Virus record (IMG/VR): IMGVR_UViG_3300032299_001015
Location: 1 to 64,000 of that record
DNA length: 64,000 bases
From: a virus
Strand: one strand, 5' to 3'
Shown: positions 46,815 to 56,096 of the stretch, piece by piece
Layout: every line of letters starts with the position of its first letter
How positions within the stretch are numbered: the first letter of the stretch is position 1
Notes under the pieces: model-generated
Seen by the model: the letters and a program-made list of their open reading frames with translations, nothing else
Told to the model about the DNA's origin: nothing
Database searches by the model: none
Program-made: the position numbers and the translations under genes

Positions 46815-49055
46815 TTAGTTAAATAATTCTGCGGAACTGAGGAAGCGTCCGCCCCATAATGATTTCTTCATTACGGGTTGCTCTGGGATACTGGATTCCA
46901 GTTCACCAGACTTCTTCATGGCCGTCTCTTCCTCAACGGACTCTACGCGGGTAGCGATTTCAGTCGCGGCGGAATTGAGATCGGATAAACTTTTGGTAAC
47001 CTCTTCATACTTGGCTTGTAGTTGTCCAATTTTTTCATCGACTGCTTTAGCAAGTTCGACTACTGCACTGGAAATCTTGTCAAGTGATTCAGTATTTGTT
47101 TCAGTGGACTTGGTAATTGTCTCTTCTACGAAGGACTTAACCTCGCCAAGGGCCTTTTCCATATCGAAAACGTCAGAGGTGGTGTCCTCGGAAACTTCAG
47201 CCTCAACACCATCGGACTTAGCCATTGCAAGGGCTTCCGTAACTACGTCCTCTACAGTTTCTTCTACCTCAAACGTAACTTCTTCAGAAGCCTCGTTTGC
47301 AGCCTCGGCGGTGTCAAGTTCTTCATGGCTTGTATTTTCAGCCATTTCAACACCTCCTTCTCTTTTTTGTACAGTCAAACTGTTTTCCTCTATTTCGTCT
47401 GACTTTTCCGTTGACAATGGGTGACCCTTTGGCAACAAATCTGTGTCATATGGTCTATTCTTGAATTTCCCTGTTCTTACCGCCTGCAAGAAAGCATTTA
47501 CTCTTGCATACGCCCATTGTTCAGGGGAGTACTCATTTGATTTATTCATCATGGGATTGCTTTTAAATGCAGCAACCCCTCTTTCAAAAACCTGACGAAT
47601 GGCATCAAACGTGACACTCTTAAAAATAACATTACCATATTTTTCATTATGCTGAGAAACTAAGGCATTTAGATGTTCTTCATCTTCTGCCGCAAGTGAT
47701 TTAATAACTACTTTACTGGCTACCTTAATTTTTGTTAAGTCTGAAATATTTTTTGTTACTAGTGTATCTGTCGGACGGAATTTGTTGTCTGACTCATTGT
47801 TATACACTCTTACTGCCGCCATAGTATTTTCTAATACATCGACACGACCCTTTACTAATTTATTATTTTCTGTAAAGGCAACATAGTCTCCAGAAACAAT
47901 ATCTCCTGCTTCTTTCTTGTATTTAATCTTTTTCTTTTTAGATGGACGGGGGATACCACTAGGAAGACCCTGTTGGGCATTACGATTAGGAGTTACTTCA
48001 TTAGTAACAGTTTCTTTTCTTACGCCCTCATCATCCATATCATCTTCTACATCATCTTCCATGTCTTCATGATGCATTTTATCAAGGGAGGATATTCTTC
48101 TAAGAGTACTCATTTTGTGACCGACGCGAGTGTCTGATGCCGCCCAGCCTTCTGCACCTTTACGATAAACTCTAATAAGTACCGCTGGATCTCCCTCTTC
48201 TGCATTAATAGTAAAATCTGAGTCGGGGACATTAATGGAGCCAGAACGGGCAATTCTTTCTACTTTACCTCTAGCCGTTCCGCCGCTTGAATTCCATGAA
48301 ACAAAGTCTCCTACACTTAAAGATTCTGCTTTAATGAGGGCATCAACAAGTTTACCCATCTCTTGATTTTTATTAACGTCTGATGATTCTACCCAACCAA
48401 TTTCAATCATTTCTGACTTACATACTGGACATTTGAATGTGTCTGATTTTTCAGTTAATGCAATTTTATCTGTGCTGCACCAGAATACATTTTCAGTAGA
48501 GAATTCAGTAGCAATGCCTGAGGTGATAAGTTCATCCCCAAGTTTTTGAATAGAAAGAATATTAGCAAATTGATTGGCGGGGGAATCGACTAAGGATAGT
48601 TCCATAAGTTCGTATTCTTTTACAACTCTTACCCCTGGATATTCTTTACCGTCATCCATTTTTGTTTCGTAGTCTACAATTCTGCCACCGATTGAAAATC
48701 CTGTAAGTGTGCCGTCTAGAACCATTTGCCAGATATTTTCAGCACCTTTAGAAATATATGCATCAACAAAGATTCCGCTGTACATTTTTCCAGATTCCTT
48801 GTCATAGAAAGTATTCTCTCTAAATGAAACCACTTTTCCAGCAGGAATTGGTTGGTGCATTAAACGCACATTTCCTCGGAAATTTTCAAATGCTTTACGA
48901 GAAGCCTCTGTTAATAAAACATCACCCTGGCGATCTACATTGTCCAGGGTGGCAAATCCACTAACTATTCTACGCTCTTCATCGATTTTAGCGATGGGCA
49001 TAGTGAGACGAACATTGTCTCCGTCTACGTCAAAATGTGCTTTATTAATAATCAT
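46815..49055 (-). CDS. Prohead protease-scaffold polyprotein with inserted accessory domains
   Basis: RIVSGFA..VDRQGD..MH..GFSIGG..ELSLVDSPAN protease; acidic coiled-coil C-terminus. Confidence 0.9.
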   Translation of the reverse strand: MIINKAHFDVDGDNVRLTMPIAKIDEERRIVSGFATLDNVDRQGDVLLTEASRKAFENFRGNVRLMHQPIPAGKVVSFRENTFYDKESGKMYSGIFVDAYISKGAENIWQMVLDGTLTGFSIGGRIVDYETKMDDGKEYPGVRVVKEYELMELSLVDSPANQFANILSIQKLGDELITSGIATEFSTENVFWCSTDKIALTEKSDTFKCPVCKSEMIEIGWVESSDVNKNQEMGKLVDALIKAESLSVGDFVSWNSSGGTARGKVERIARSGSINVPDSDFTINAEEGDPAVLIRVYRKGAEGWAASDTRVGHKMSTLRRISSLDKMHHEDMEDDVEDDMDDEGVRKETVTNEVTPNRNAQQGLPSGIPRPSKKKKIKYKKEAGDIVSGDYVAFTENNKLVKGRVDVLENTMAAVRVYNNESDNKFRPTDTLVTKNISDLTKIKVASKVVIKSLAAEDEEHLNALVSQHNEKYGNVIFKSVTFDAIRQVFERGVAAFKSNPMMNKSNEYSPEQWAYARVNAFLQAVRTGKFKNRPYDTDLLPKGHPLSTEKSDEIEENSLTVQKREGGVEMAENTSHEELDTAEAANEASEEVTFEVEETVEDVVTEALAMAKSDGVEAEVSEDTTSDVFDMEKALGEVKSFVEETITKSTETNTESLDKISSAVVELAKAVDEKIGQLQAKYEEVTKSLSDLNSAATEIATRVESVEEETAMKKSGELESSIPEQPVMKKSLWGGRFLSSAELFN

Positions 49056-49085
49056 AACAATTAAATTATATTATATATAGTCTTA

Positions 49086-50711
49086 TTAATTTTGCTGCCT
49101 ACCTTCTCCTTGTGTCGCCCGTCCTGTTTCATCTATGTCTGGGGCGTTAGAAGATCTATTTTGGTCTCTTACTCTATTGCGAGTTGTCTGAGCCGTTTGC
49201 TCTGCTCTTTGTTGAGCATTAAGAACAACTGGCTCATCACCACTAGGAAGTGTAGACATTCCTAGTCTTTCTCTTACTTCATTGGGAACAATTACTTGCA
49301 TTCTCAAATAGCGCTCGTCAATCTTAGATCTAGTTTCTTCATCAGTAAGAGTAAGTTCATTAAATTCAAATTTGAATGCGTCTGTTTTTTCAGCAATGAT
49401 CCTATTGATTTTCTTTTCAAGGGCATCCTGTGCTGGGCGACATACTTGCTCCTTGAATGTTCTATCTGATTCTCTTGCTGCCGCCAAACCAATACCGTCC
49501 GTAGCACCAACCTTTGAGGCAGGAACGCGGTGAGCCATAAGGATTTCATCCTTATTCATCTTCTTATAGTTATTGAATGATGAGTCTTGAATATTAGTTT
49601 CAATTGGCTCCATCTTCATTTCTACCTTATTATCTGGTGTATCTCCAGGGATAGGAATGATAGCGGTTCTATGGGACTGTCCGCGCAGATTACCTTGAAA
49701 AAATTCAAATAATCTTTCTTCCGCTGCGCGGCTCATCTTTGCACCCTTAAGCCAGAAAATATAGCGGGGGACAGCCTTGTTCTCAAAATACTCTAGATTA
49801 AAGCGAGAGGCAAATTCATTTCCTGCCATTGCATTCTTTGCCGCCACAATTGCAGGTAGTCCATAGTAAGTATTTGTTGGAGTGTAATTCTTAATATGAA
49901 TTATTTCGTTTGGTCTAGGGTCGGTGGTAATAGGATTCTTTTCTTCACCTTGGAAATTACGGAAGAATACAGCCTTACCGTTAACAATTTGAACAAATCC
50001 GTCACGGAGGCGACGTACTCTCATCGTAGGAGCAGGGATATGACCAATGTAACCAATTTCTCCAGTTGTCTTTCTACCTATTTCAATGTACCCGTTTCCT
50101 GTTGATTCAGCATCAATATAGGCTTTCATAAGTGTCATAGTAAAGGTATCATCGTCATTTCTTGTTTCTAGCCAGTCAACAATGCGGTGCTTTTGACGAG
50201 CAAGGTTTCTTCTTACTCTCCCAAGTTCTTCTTCACTACTAATAGACTCAAGTCTCTCCATAACGTTAATTGTTGGAACAAGATCGTACCCAAGTCCAAC
50301 AATATTTGCTACTTTAGCGTTGATGGCTGAATAGTTTGCAGCGGAAAGTTCATAAATTTTAGCAAGTGCCGCCTGATTGTAAAGAGGCTCAACAACATCA
50401 AAGATGCCGTAACCGTACTTATCTGGAATGATTTGCTTAGAGGTAGCCCCATCACCAGAGTACATATTGTCTTCAGCGGTTACTATTTCTCCGCCAGCAG
50501 TAATTAATGACTTGCTAATTTTTCTACGAGCAGAACGCTTAAAGTTTTGAGAGAGTCCGTTTAACGACAAAATATCGTCAGCATCCTGACGAAAGTCATC
50601 TTTTTCTGAAGCAATAAAGGATTCTTGACCTATAGACTTGCTAAGGTTTACTTCATTGATCCAAAGATCTTCTGGTTCTTGCTGCATCTTTCCATGCTCC
50701 CGTATCTCCAT
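49086..50711 (-). CDS. Portal protein
   Basis: TGNGYIEI, EIIHIK..YYGLP, YFENKAVP, PNEVRERLG. Confidence 0.92.
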   Translation of the reverse strand: MEIREHGKMQQEPEDLWINEVNLSKSIGQESFIASEKDDFRQDADDILSLNGLSQNFKRSARRKISKSLITAGGEIVTAEDNMYSGDGATSKQIIPDKYGYGIFDVVEPLYNQAALAKIYELSAANYSAINAKVANIVGLGYDLVPTINVMERLESISSEEELGRVRRNLARQKHRIVDWLETRNDDDTFTMTLMKAYIDAESTGNGYIEIGRKTTGEIGYIGHIPAPTMRVRRLRDGFVQIVNGKAVFFRNFQGEEKNPITTDPRPNEIIHIKNYTPTNTYYGLPAIVAAKNAMAGNEFASRFNLEYFENKAVPRYIFWLKGAKMSRAAEERLFEFFQGNLRGQSHRTAIIPIPGDTPDNKVEMKMEPIETNIQDSSFNNYKKMNKDEILMAHRVPASKVGATDGIGLAAARESDRTFKEQVCRPAQDALEKKINRIIAEKTDAFKFEFNELTLTDEETRSKIDERYLRMQVIVPNEVRERLGMSTLPSGDEPVVLNAQQRAEQTAQTTRNRVRDQNRSSNAPDIDETGRATQGEGRQQN

Positions 50712-50979
50712 AAGATAGAAGGCCGTTTTCCATTCTATACTTGTCTTCTTGGTATTCTTCTTCTGTTACCCGACCAATTCCAGGAATGAATACTGCTTGT
50801 CCTTCTGGCTGTCCATAATGAGCGGCGGCTTTACGAATTTCCGCCATCTTTGTGATATCTCCTCTTTCAGAAGGAATATTAAGAACGTTGTTATCATCAT
50901 CCTTAAAGACTCCGCCTTCTGGCAGAAGCCATACATATATACCGTAACTGCTCTTATCTCTTACTACTTGTAGTCCCAT
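50653..50979 (-). CDS. Hypothetical protein upstream of portal
   Basis: 108-aa ORF. Confidence 0.7.
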   Translation of the reverse strand: MGLQVVRDKSSYGIYVWLLPEGGVFKDDDNNVLNIPSERGDITKMAEIRKAAAHYGQPEGQAVFIPGIGRVTEEEYQEDKYRMENGLLSYGDTGAWKDAARTRRSLDQ

Positions 50980-50997
50980 GTACCTGATAATATCATA

Positions 50998-51846
50998 TTA
51001 AGTGTTATTTGGCTGTATTCTGTTCACATATGAAGCAATTTTTACCCTAGCAGGGCTAATTGTGAACGACGCACTAGACTTTGCAAAGAATGTATTTGAC
51101 AAATACTGACCATAGAGAACTTTAAATATATCTCCAACAGATGCACTTACTATAGATAAATTAGATGATGCTGTAAGTTCATACACCTGATTATCTGCTA
51201 GAGATAAAACTTTAGACCCTGGAATTAGTCCAACGGTGTCTACATAAAGATTATCATTAGTCATCAAAGACGCTGAAACAAATCTAGATAGACTGTCTTC
51301 CGTCGCTGCGTATAGATCAAAGGCGTACCTATTTTGATTCTTCAATGGCTGATAGATGACATTTGTTGATGCTGAAATAAAATTAGTTTCTATCGCATCA
51401 GTAATATTAAAAGAATAAGATGCTGAGTCAGATACACGGACCTTCATGCTGGTCCCGCCCGTAAATTCTTCATGTAAGAACGCAGCGGCAGAGGAACTAA
51501 ATGAATTATCTAAAATATAAACATTTTGTAGGTTGAAATTACTTGAACCAGAATGACCAAATCTAATAAGGAAATTATTATTGTCATAGGTCCATAACTT
51601 ATTGTCAAAGGATAATGTCAAGTGCGCCCATTGTTGGGACGGCAGAACTGATGCAGTATATCCATTGACATATATAGATGTTGAGGCGGTATTGATTCTT
51701 ACCGATCCGTTCAAATTATTGACACTTGCAGAAAATAGCAATTCAGAAGCGGCGGAGGAAGAAAAAATTTCCAATAACTTATACGTCTTATTTTCACTAT
51801 CATTAAGACGTATAAAAGCACCGACTGATCCTAAATATTTAAGCAT
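50998..51846 (-). CDS. Hypothetical beta-rich protein, probably virion-associated (LamG-like traces)
   Basis: IYVNG..QWAHLTLSF; nine [ST]AS motifs. Confidence 0.6.
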   Translation of the reverse strand: MLKYLGSVGAFIRLNDSENKTYKLLEIFSSSAASELLFSASVNNLNGSVRINTASTSIYVNGYTASVLPSQQWAHLTLSFDNKLWTYDNNNFLIRFGHSGSSNFNLQNVYILDNSFSSSAAAFLHEEFTGGTSMKVRVSDSASYSFNITDAIETNFISASTNVIYQPLKNQNRYAFDLYAATEDSLSRFVSASLMTNDNLYVDTVGLIPGSKVLSLADNQVYELTASSNLSIVSASVGDIFKVLYGQYLSNTFFAKSSASFTISPARVKIASYVNRIQPNNT

Positions 51847-51859
51847 ACTTAATTATAGA

Positions 51860-52240
51860 TCAATTCCAGTCAATATCTGATCCAGACTTAGCATATGATT
51901 TTGATGATAGTAATAGGTCTTTACCAATATGTTGAGCCTTTACCTCAAAAGAATATTTTCTTTCCCCGCTATTTGTATCTATCCATGAAGTTTCTTTAAT
52001 AACTCCATTAACAATTACTTGCTCCCCGCGATTAAATTCACCAGCAATATTTTCTGCCAGCCGATCCCAAGCAGTAATATTCCAGCCAGATGTATCATGG
52101 TCTTCCCACTCACCAAAGGCATTCTTACGGCGGTCATTAGTAATTAGTCTAAATCTTGCTACTGACGTTCCACTCGGCAGAGTCTTAAACTCTACATCAT
52201 TTGCCACTCTACCAATTAAAGTAATATTAGGGTTAGACAT
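51860..52240 (-). CDS. ssb: Bacterial-type single-stranded DNA-binding protein
   Basis: ITLIGRV..G.SVARFRL..AWDRLAENI..GEQVIVNG. Confidence 0.9.
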   Translation of the reverse strand: MSNPNITLIGRVANDVEFKTLPSGTSVARFRLITNDRRKNAFGEWEDHDTSGWNITAWDRLAENIAGEFNRGEQVIVNGVIKETSWIDTNSGERKYSFEVKAQHIGKDLLLSSKSYAKSGSDIDWN

Positions 52241-53205
52241 TATTCTCCTTCCGTTAAAATTTCAAAAAGTCTATTCCATTCTTTTGCTCTACGCTCCCAG
52301 TTATAATACTTATTGAAGTAGTCTGACTGTTCGCGTATTAATTCTTGATTATCTTTTGTCCAGTAATTATCTATTTGTTCGTTAAGAAGTTCTGCATATG
52401 TATTAGCGATTTGCTCTTCATTTGGTTTAATTATACACATTTTTGCATATGCTGCACCAGTTTCTGGTAAAGCCCCGACATCAGTAGTAACTAAGTTACA
52501 TCCTGCTGCGCCTGCCTCAATCATTGACAAGCAGGCGGTTTCTTCAAAAATGCTAGGGTAGGCAAATATGTGAGCATCTTGTACTGCTTTATGAATTTCA
52601 TTATTTTCGGCGTACCCAATGTAATTGACACCTTTTGTCTCACGGGCGCGATTGAATAGATCTTCATATACCCCATAATAATGTGCCTCGTAGCCTGATC
52701 CATATACAGAAGTTGATGAATATACATCTAACTCAATATCATCGCGGTCAAGTTGCTCCATAACATCTAGCAAAATGCTAAGACCCCTAAATGGAGTTGA
52801 TGTGTAAATTAACTTTAACTTGCCACCTTTTGATTTTGGTTTAAATTCTATTGGTTCTATGGCATTACGAATAACATATGCATTATGAAGCGGAACCTGA
52901 AAGAGATACCTAAATTTCTCTAGTTGCCAATGTGACACATAAACTGTTGCATCAATAGACTTCATAAAAGCATTATCCTTCATTGGAGCAAGAGACTCAT
53001 CTGAATAGTTTAGATGCTGCCATAAAATATTCTTTTTAGTAAATCTAACTTTAGATGGGTCTGGAGTTGCAACTAATAAATTTAAATTATCATACTCTGA
53101 AAATTTAGAATGTTTTATCATTCCGTCTTTTAGTAATTCCGTCCCGCCTCGTGCAGGCTTTACGTTGCTGTCATTAGAAATTCTTTGTAACCAATCAGCC
53201 ATCAT
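52240..53205 (-). CDS. Glycosyltransferase, GT-B fold (GT4-like)
   Basis: GGTE, YTSTPFRGL, YPSIFEETACLSMIEA; start ATG 53205 after GGAG. Confidence 0.88.
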   Translation of the reverse strand: MMADWLQRISNDSNVKPARGGTELLKDGMIKHSKFSEYDNLNLLVATPDPSKVRFTKKNILWQHLNYSDESLAPMKDNAFMKSIDATVYVSHWQLEKFRYLFQVPLHNAYVIRNAIEPIEFKPKSKGGKLKLIYTSTPFRGLSILLDVMEQLDRDDIELDVYSSTSVYGSGYEAHYYGVYEDLFNRARETKGVNYIGYAENNEIHKAVQDAHIFAYPSIFEETACLSMIEAGAAGCNLVTTDVGALPETGAAYAKMCIIKPNEEQIANTYAELLNEQIDNYWTKDNQELIREQSDYFNKYYNWERRAKEWNRLFEILTEGE

Positions 53206-53224
53206 CTTCTCCAAATTTTTGCAC

Positions 53225-53956
53225 TCACAGGTAACTCTTCTTACTCCAGAATTGACTCTTATATGATCTAACAATTTTAGACTTTAACTTAAAACCATTT
53301 TTTTTATTGGCATCCTCATCAAACTCTACCTGTGATGATCTCCAGTCCTCTCTTTTGAAAGGAATCATTTGACATATGGGAGTCCCTGCTTCAAGAACAA
53401 AAATCTCTTCTTTGATTGTGTTAAGAAGTTGGAAGGGAAATTCGACTCCTAGTTCATAGGAGTCTGTATCTACCACCCCAGAAAAAGTTCTGAATGGAAG
53501 GTCGTGTCTATTAAGTGGGTGAGTGAATAAACAACTATAGCCCTTGGGGGTTATTGCCCTCCAGCCAGGACTCCATTTAAGTAAATCCATTCCGCCACCT
53601 ACTGGAGCAGGCAGCCCAGGAGCCTGATCTGGACCGTGAGAGCCTATAAAATTAACATTGGTTGCCCACCGCACATTAATTCCTTTTCCTGGATGATTTC
53701 TAAATTCTAGGTCGAATGGCAGAACAAACATATATCCAGATGTGAGTGCATCAAGGAACGGGGAGCATCCCTTAAGAGTAAGATTGCTTACCGCTACTCC
53801 GTTTTTTGATAACCCAGTTATTTTTTCGCCGTCCATATGAACAGGCATCTTTTTATACCAGCCTGGGATAGACTGTGCTGCTGGCTGCGGCCTTTCAAAC
53901 AGAAGTTCTGCCTCATGACTGAATGGCTCAAATTTTATCTTCATGGCTTTACCCAA
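53225..53956 (-). CDS. Conserved phage protein of unknown function
   Basis: IPGWYK, KGCSPFLDALTSGY, TPKGYSCLFTHP, GVVDTD, GTPICQMIPFKRE. Confidence 0.65.
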   Translation of the reverse strand: MGKAMKIKFEPFSHEAELLFERPQPAAQSIPGWYKKMPVHMDGEKITGLSKNGVAVSNLTLKGCSPFLDALTSGYMFVLPFDLEFRNHPGKGINVRWATNVNFIGSHGPDQAPGLPAPVGGGMDLLKWSPGWRAITPKGYSCLFTHPLNRHDLPFRTFSGVVDTDSYELGVEFPFQLLNTIKEEIFVLEAGTPICQMIPFKREDWRSSQVEFDEDANKKNGFKLKSKIVRSYKSQFWSKKSYL

Positions 53957-54612
53957 TTCAACTTAAATGTCTTTTGATGTAGAACTCTTACAGATGGGTC
54001 TACCCAAATGTCAAATCCTGACTTGATCGCTTTTGTACACCATGAAAGGTCTTCTCCAATAAGAAGGAAATCTTCAGTTGTTTCCCCTGTTTCTTCATCT
54101 ACACTAGGAACGCTTTCTGGTCCAAACCAGGGTCTGGGCATATTCTCAAATACCCCTGATTTTACTGCAAGGAATCCAAATCCACATCCTGCTACTTTAA
54201 AAGGCTTATGATACTGATCAAGAAGTTCTTCTGGCATCATACCGCCGCGAGGTTGTTGATAAATCGGAATGTGTCTGTCTTCCATGAGATAGCATCCAGA
54301 AATAATTTTCTTATCAGACTTATATAGTCTAAAAACGTCGGCGGGACTCCATGCAATATCTGAATCAATCCACATAATCATGTCATAGGTAAATTCACCG
54401 CTACATGGCTGAGTCATTTTTACATTATTTGTATCGTATCCACCAATGGTTGACTCTCTAGCCATGGCAACAAGTGACCCCCCCTGACTAAGAAAATTCC
54501 AACTTACCCCCTCTTGATTCAGGGCATTAGTAGTAATAAGCAGACTTCTTAGATAGTCTGGAGTAAAAGAATTTGCTGGAGTAGCAAATACTATATTAAA
54601 ATGCGGTTTCAT
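53941..54612 (-). CDS. Glycosyltransferase-like, GT-A fold
   Basis: WIDSDI (DxD), GFGFLAVKSGVFE, GEDLSWC, DPSVRVLH. Confidence 0.8.
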   Translation of the reverse strand: MKPHFNIVFATPANSFTPDYLRSLLITTNALNQEGVSWNFLSQGGSLVAMARESTIGGYDTNNVKMTQPCSGEFTYDMIMWIDSDIAWSPADVFRLYKSDKKIISGCYLMEDRHIPIYQQPRGGMMPEELLDQYHKPFKVAGCGFGFLAVKSGVFENMPRPWFGPESVPSVDEETGETTEDFLLIGEDLSWCTKAIKSGFDIWVDPSVRVLHQKTFKLNWVKP

Positions 54613-55272
54613 TTATCCCCTTATAGCGATCTTCTTATGATGACATACTTTTATGCTGGGGTCAAGATAAATTTTATATCCTGCTTCCCCCGCTTTTTTG
54701 CACCAGGAAAAATCTTCTCCCCAAGGTATATACATCTCTTTAGTTTTATCTTCATTCTCTATTTTTTGAAATACTACGTCGAACCATGGGCGAGGAATAT
54801 TTTCAAATACCCCAGATTTCATTGAAACAAATCCGAATCCTACTGCAAAGACCTCAAACGGGTATTCTTTTCTTTTTAATAAGTCGTGGTCAAAATAAAT
54901 ATCGTCTTCTTTGAAACTAAAGAGCGGTACGTTTTCTTCATTATAGTAGACTCCAGAAACTACATCGTATGACGATTCGTACAACTTCATAAATTGATCT
55001 GGTTCCCAAGAAATATCTGAGTCTATCCAAACTATTTTGTCATACGTTACCTGACTGTTTACTGGTTCTGTGGCAAAAGCATGAAGAAAACGTGATCCCA
55101 TTATTGTTGCTTCCCGCGCTGCATTTACTTGAGAGGAATACTCATTTAGATATAAATAAGATATGCCTATTTTTTCTAAATGGGAAATAGTTGCAACAAG
55201 ACTTCTTACATATTCTGCCTCCATCATTCTTCCAGGAGTGCAAATTAATACATTATAGTGGGGCTTCAACAT
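54613..55272 (-). CDS. Glycosyltransferase-like, GT-A fold (paralogue of neighbour)
   Basis: WIDSDI, GFGFVSMKSGVFE, GEDFSWC, DPSIKVCH. Confidence 0.8.
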   Translation of the reverse strand: MLKPHYNVLICTPGRMMEAEYVRSLVATISHLEKIGISYLYLNEYSSQVNAAREATIMGSRFLHAFATEPVNSQVTYDKIVWIDSDISWEPDQFMKLYESSYDVVSGVYYNEENVPLFSFKEDDIYFDHDLLKRKEYPFEVFAVGFGFVSMKSGVFENIPRPWFDVVFQKIENEDKTKEMYIPWGEDFSWCKKAGEAGYKIYLDPSIKVCHHKKIAIRG

Positions 55273-56083
55273 TCCTCCAAAACTCTAATCCATTATATTT
55301 ATTAAGAATATAAGGTGAAAGATATTCACCAATATTTATTCTACGATGCTCAATTGATTGGCGAACGTTGTGTAACCCTTCAATACCGTAGATTCTATCA
55401 TCTTCTGGGGTTATATTAACTATTTTATTATAGTTATGATCAAAGTATTCTAGGCCAAGGAAGTCATAGATGCCCTTGATAGTTTCATCTGTCCTGCCAA
55501 CCAAATTGTCATACTCAACAATGTGAAAATATTGTCTATTTTCTTCTAGCATCGCATAGGCAATTCCATACAAACACTCATCAATAAGTCCTTTTGGACG
55601 CATCAAATGGTCACATCTAATTTCATCAGGATGGCGGTAGTAATAAAACTCCTGCCTTGCTTCTATTTCCTGATCAATAAATGAAGTCTTCTGTGGATTT
55701 TGATTAATCATATAGATAAAAGAGGCAAGAATTTCATTTATGTTTCTCACCGTCAAAATTACCTTAGGGTCATAGGGGAGATTTCTTAGTAGTGTTCCAA
55801 AGTTTTCTTTTGTTGACCATGATCGTGACTTATCAATAATATTAGGCTTATTTATATCTGAATAATAATTTTCTAGTACCCCATAAACCGTGGGAGAAAT
55901 GACATGAGGTTTTGGGTATGCATTATATTGTTCAGACGCTAAAATACTACGTTCAAGATTAACCATCATCCCACACATGGGGGAGTTTGGTCCTGAATAA
56001 ATTTCTGGGTTTTGATTTAAAATTGATGATAAAAGTGTGCTTCCAGACCTTGGAAGGCCGGAAAGAAAATAAAACTTACTCAA
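55253..56083 (-). CDS. Sulfotransferase family protein
   Basis: 5'-PSB loop GLPRSGSTLL, DKSR, R....ILAS, VEYDNLV. Confidence 0.88.
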   Translation of the reverse strand: MSKFYFLSGLPRSGSTLLSSILNQNPEIYSGPNSPMCGMMVNLERSILASEQYNAYPKPHVISPTVYGVLENYYSDINKPNIIDKSRSWSTKENFGTLLRNLPYDPKVILTVRNINEILASFIYMINQNPQKTSFIDQEIEARQEFYYYRHPDEIRCDHLMRPKGLIDECLYGIAYAMLEENRQYFHIVEYDNLVGRTDETIKGIYDFLGLEYFDHNYNKIVNITPEDDRIYGIEGLHNVRQSIEHRRINIGEYLSPYILNKYNGLEFWRNVEAPL

Positions 56084-56096
56084 TGGTTTTTCCTAT

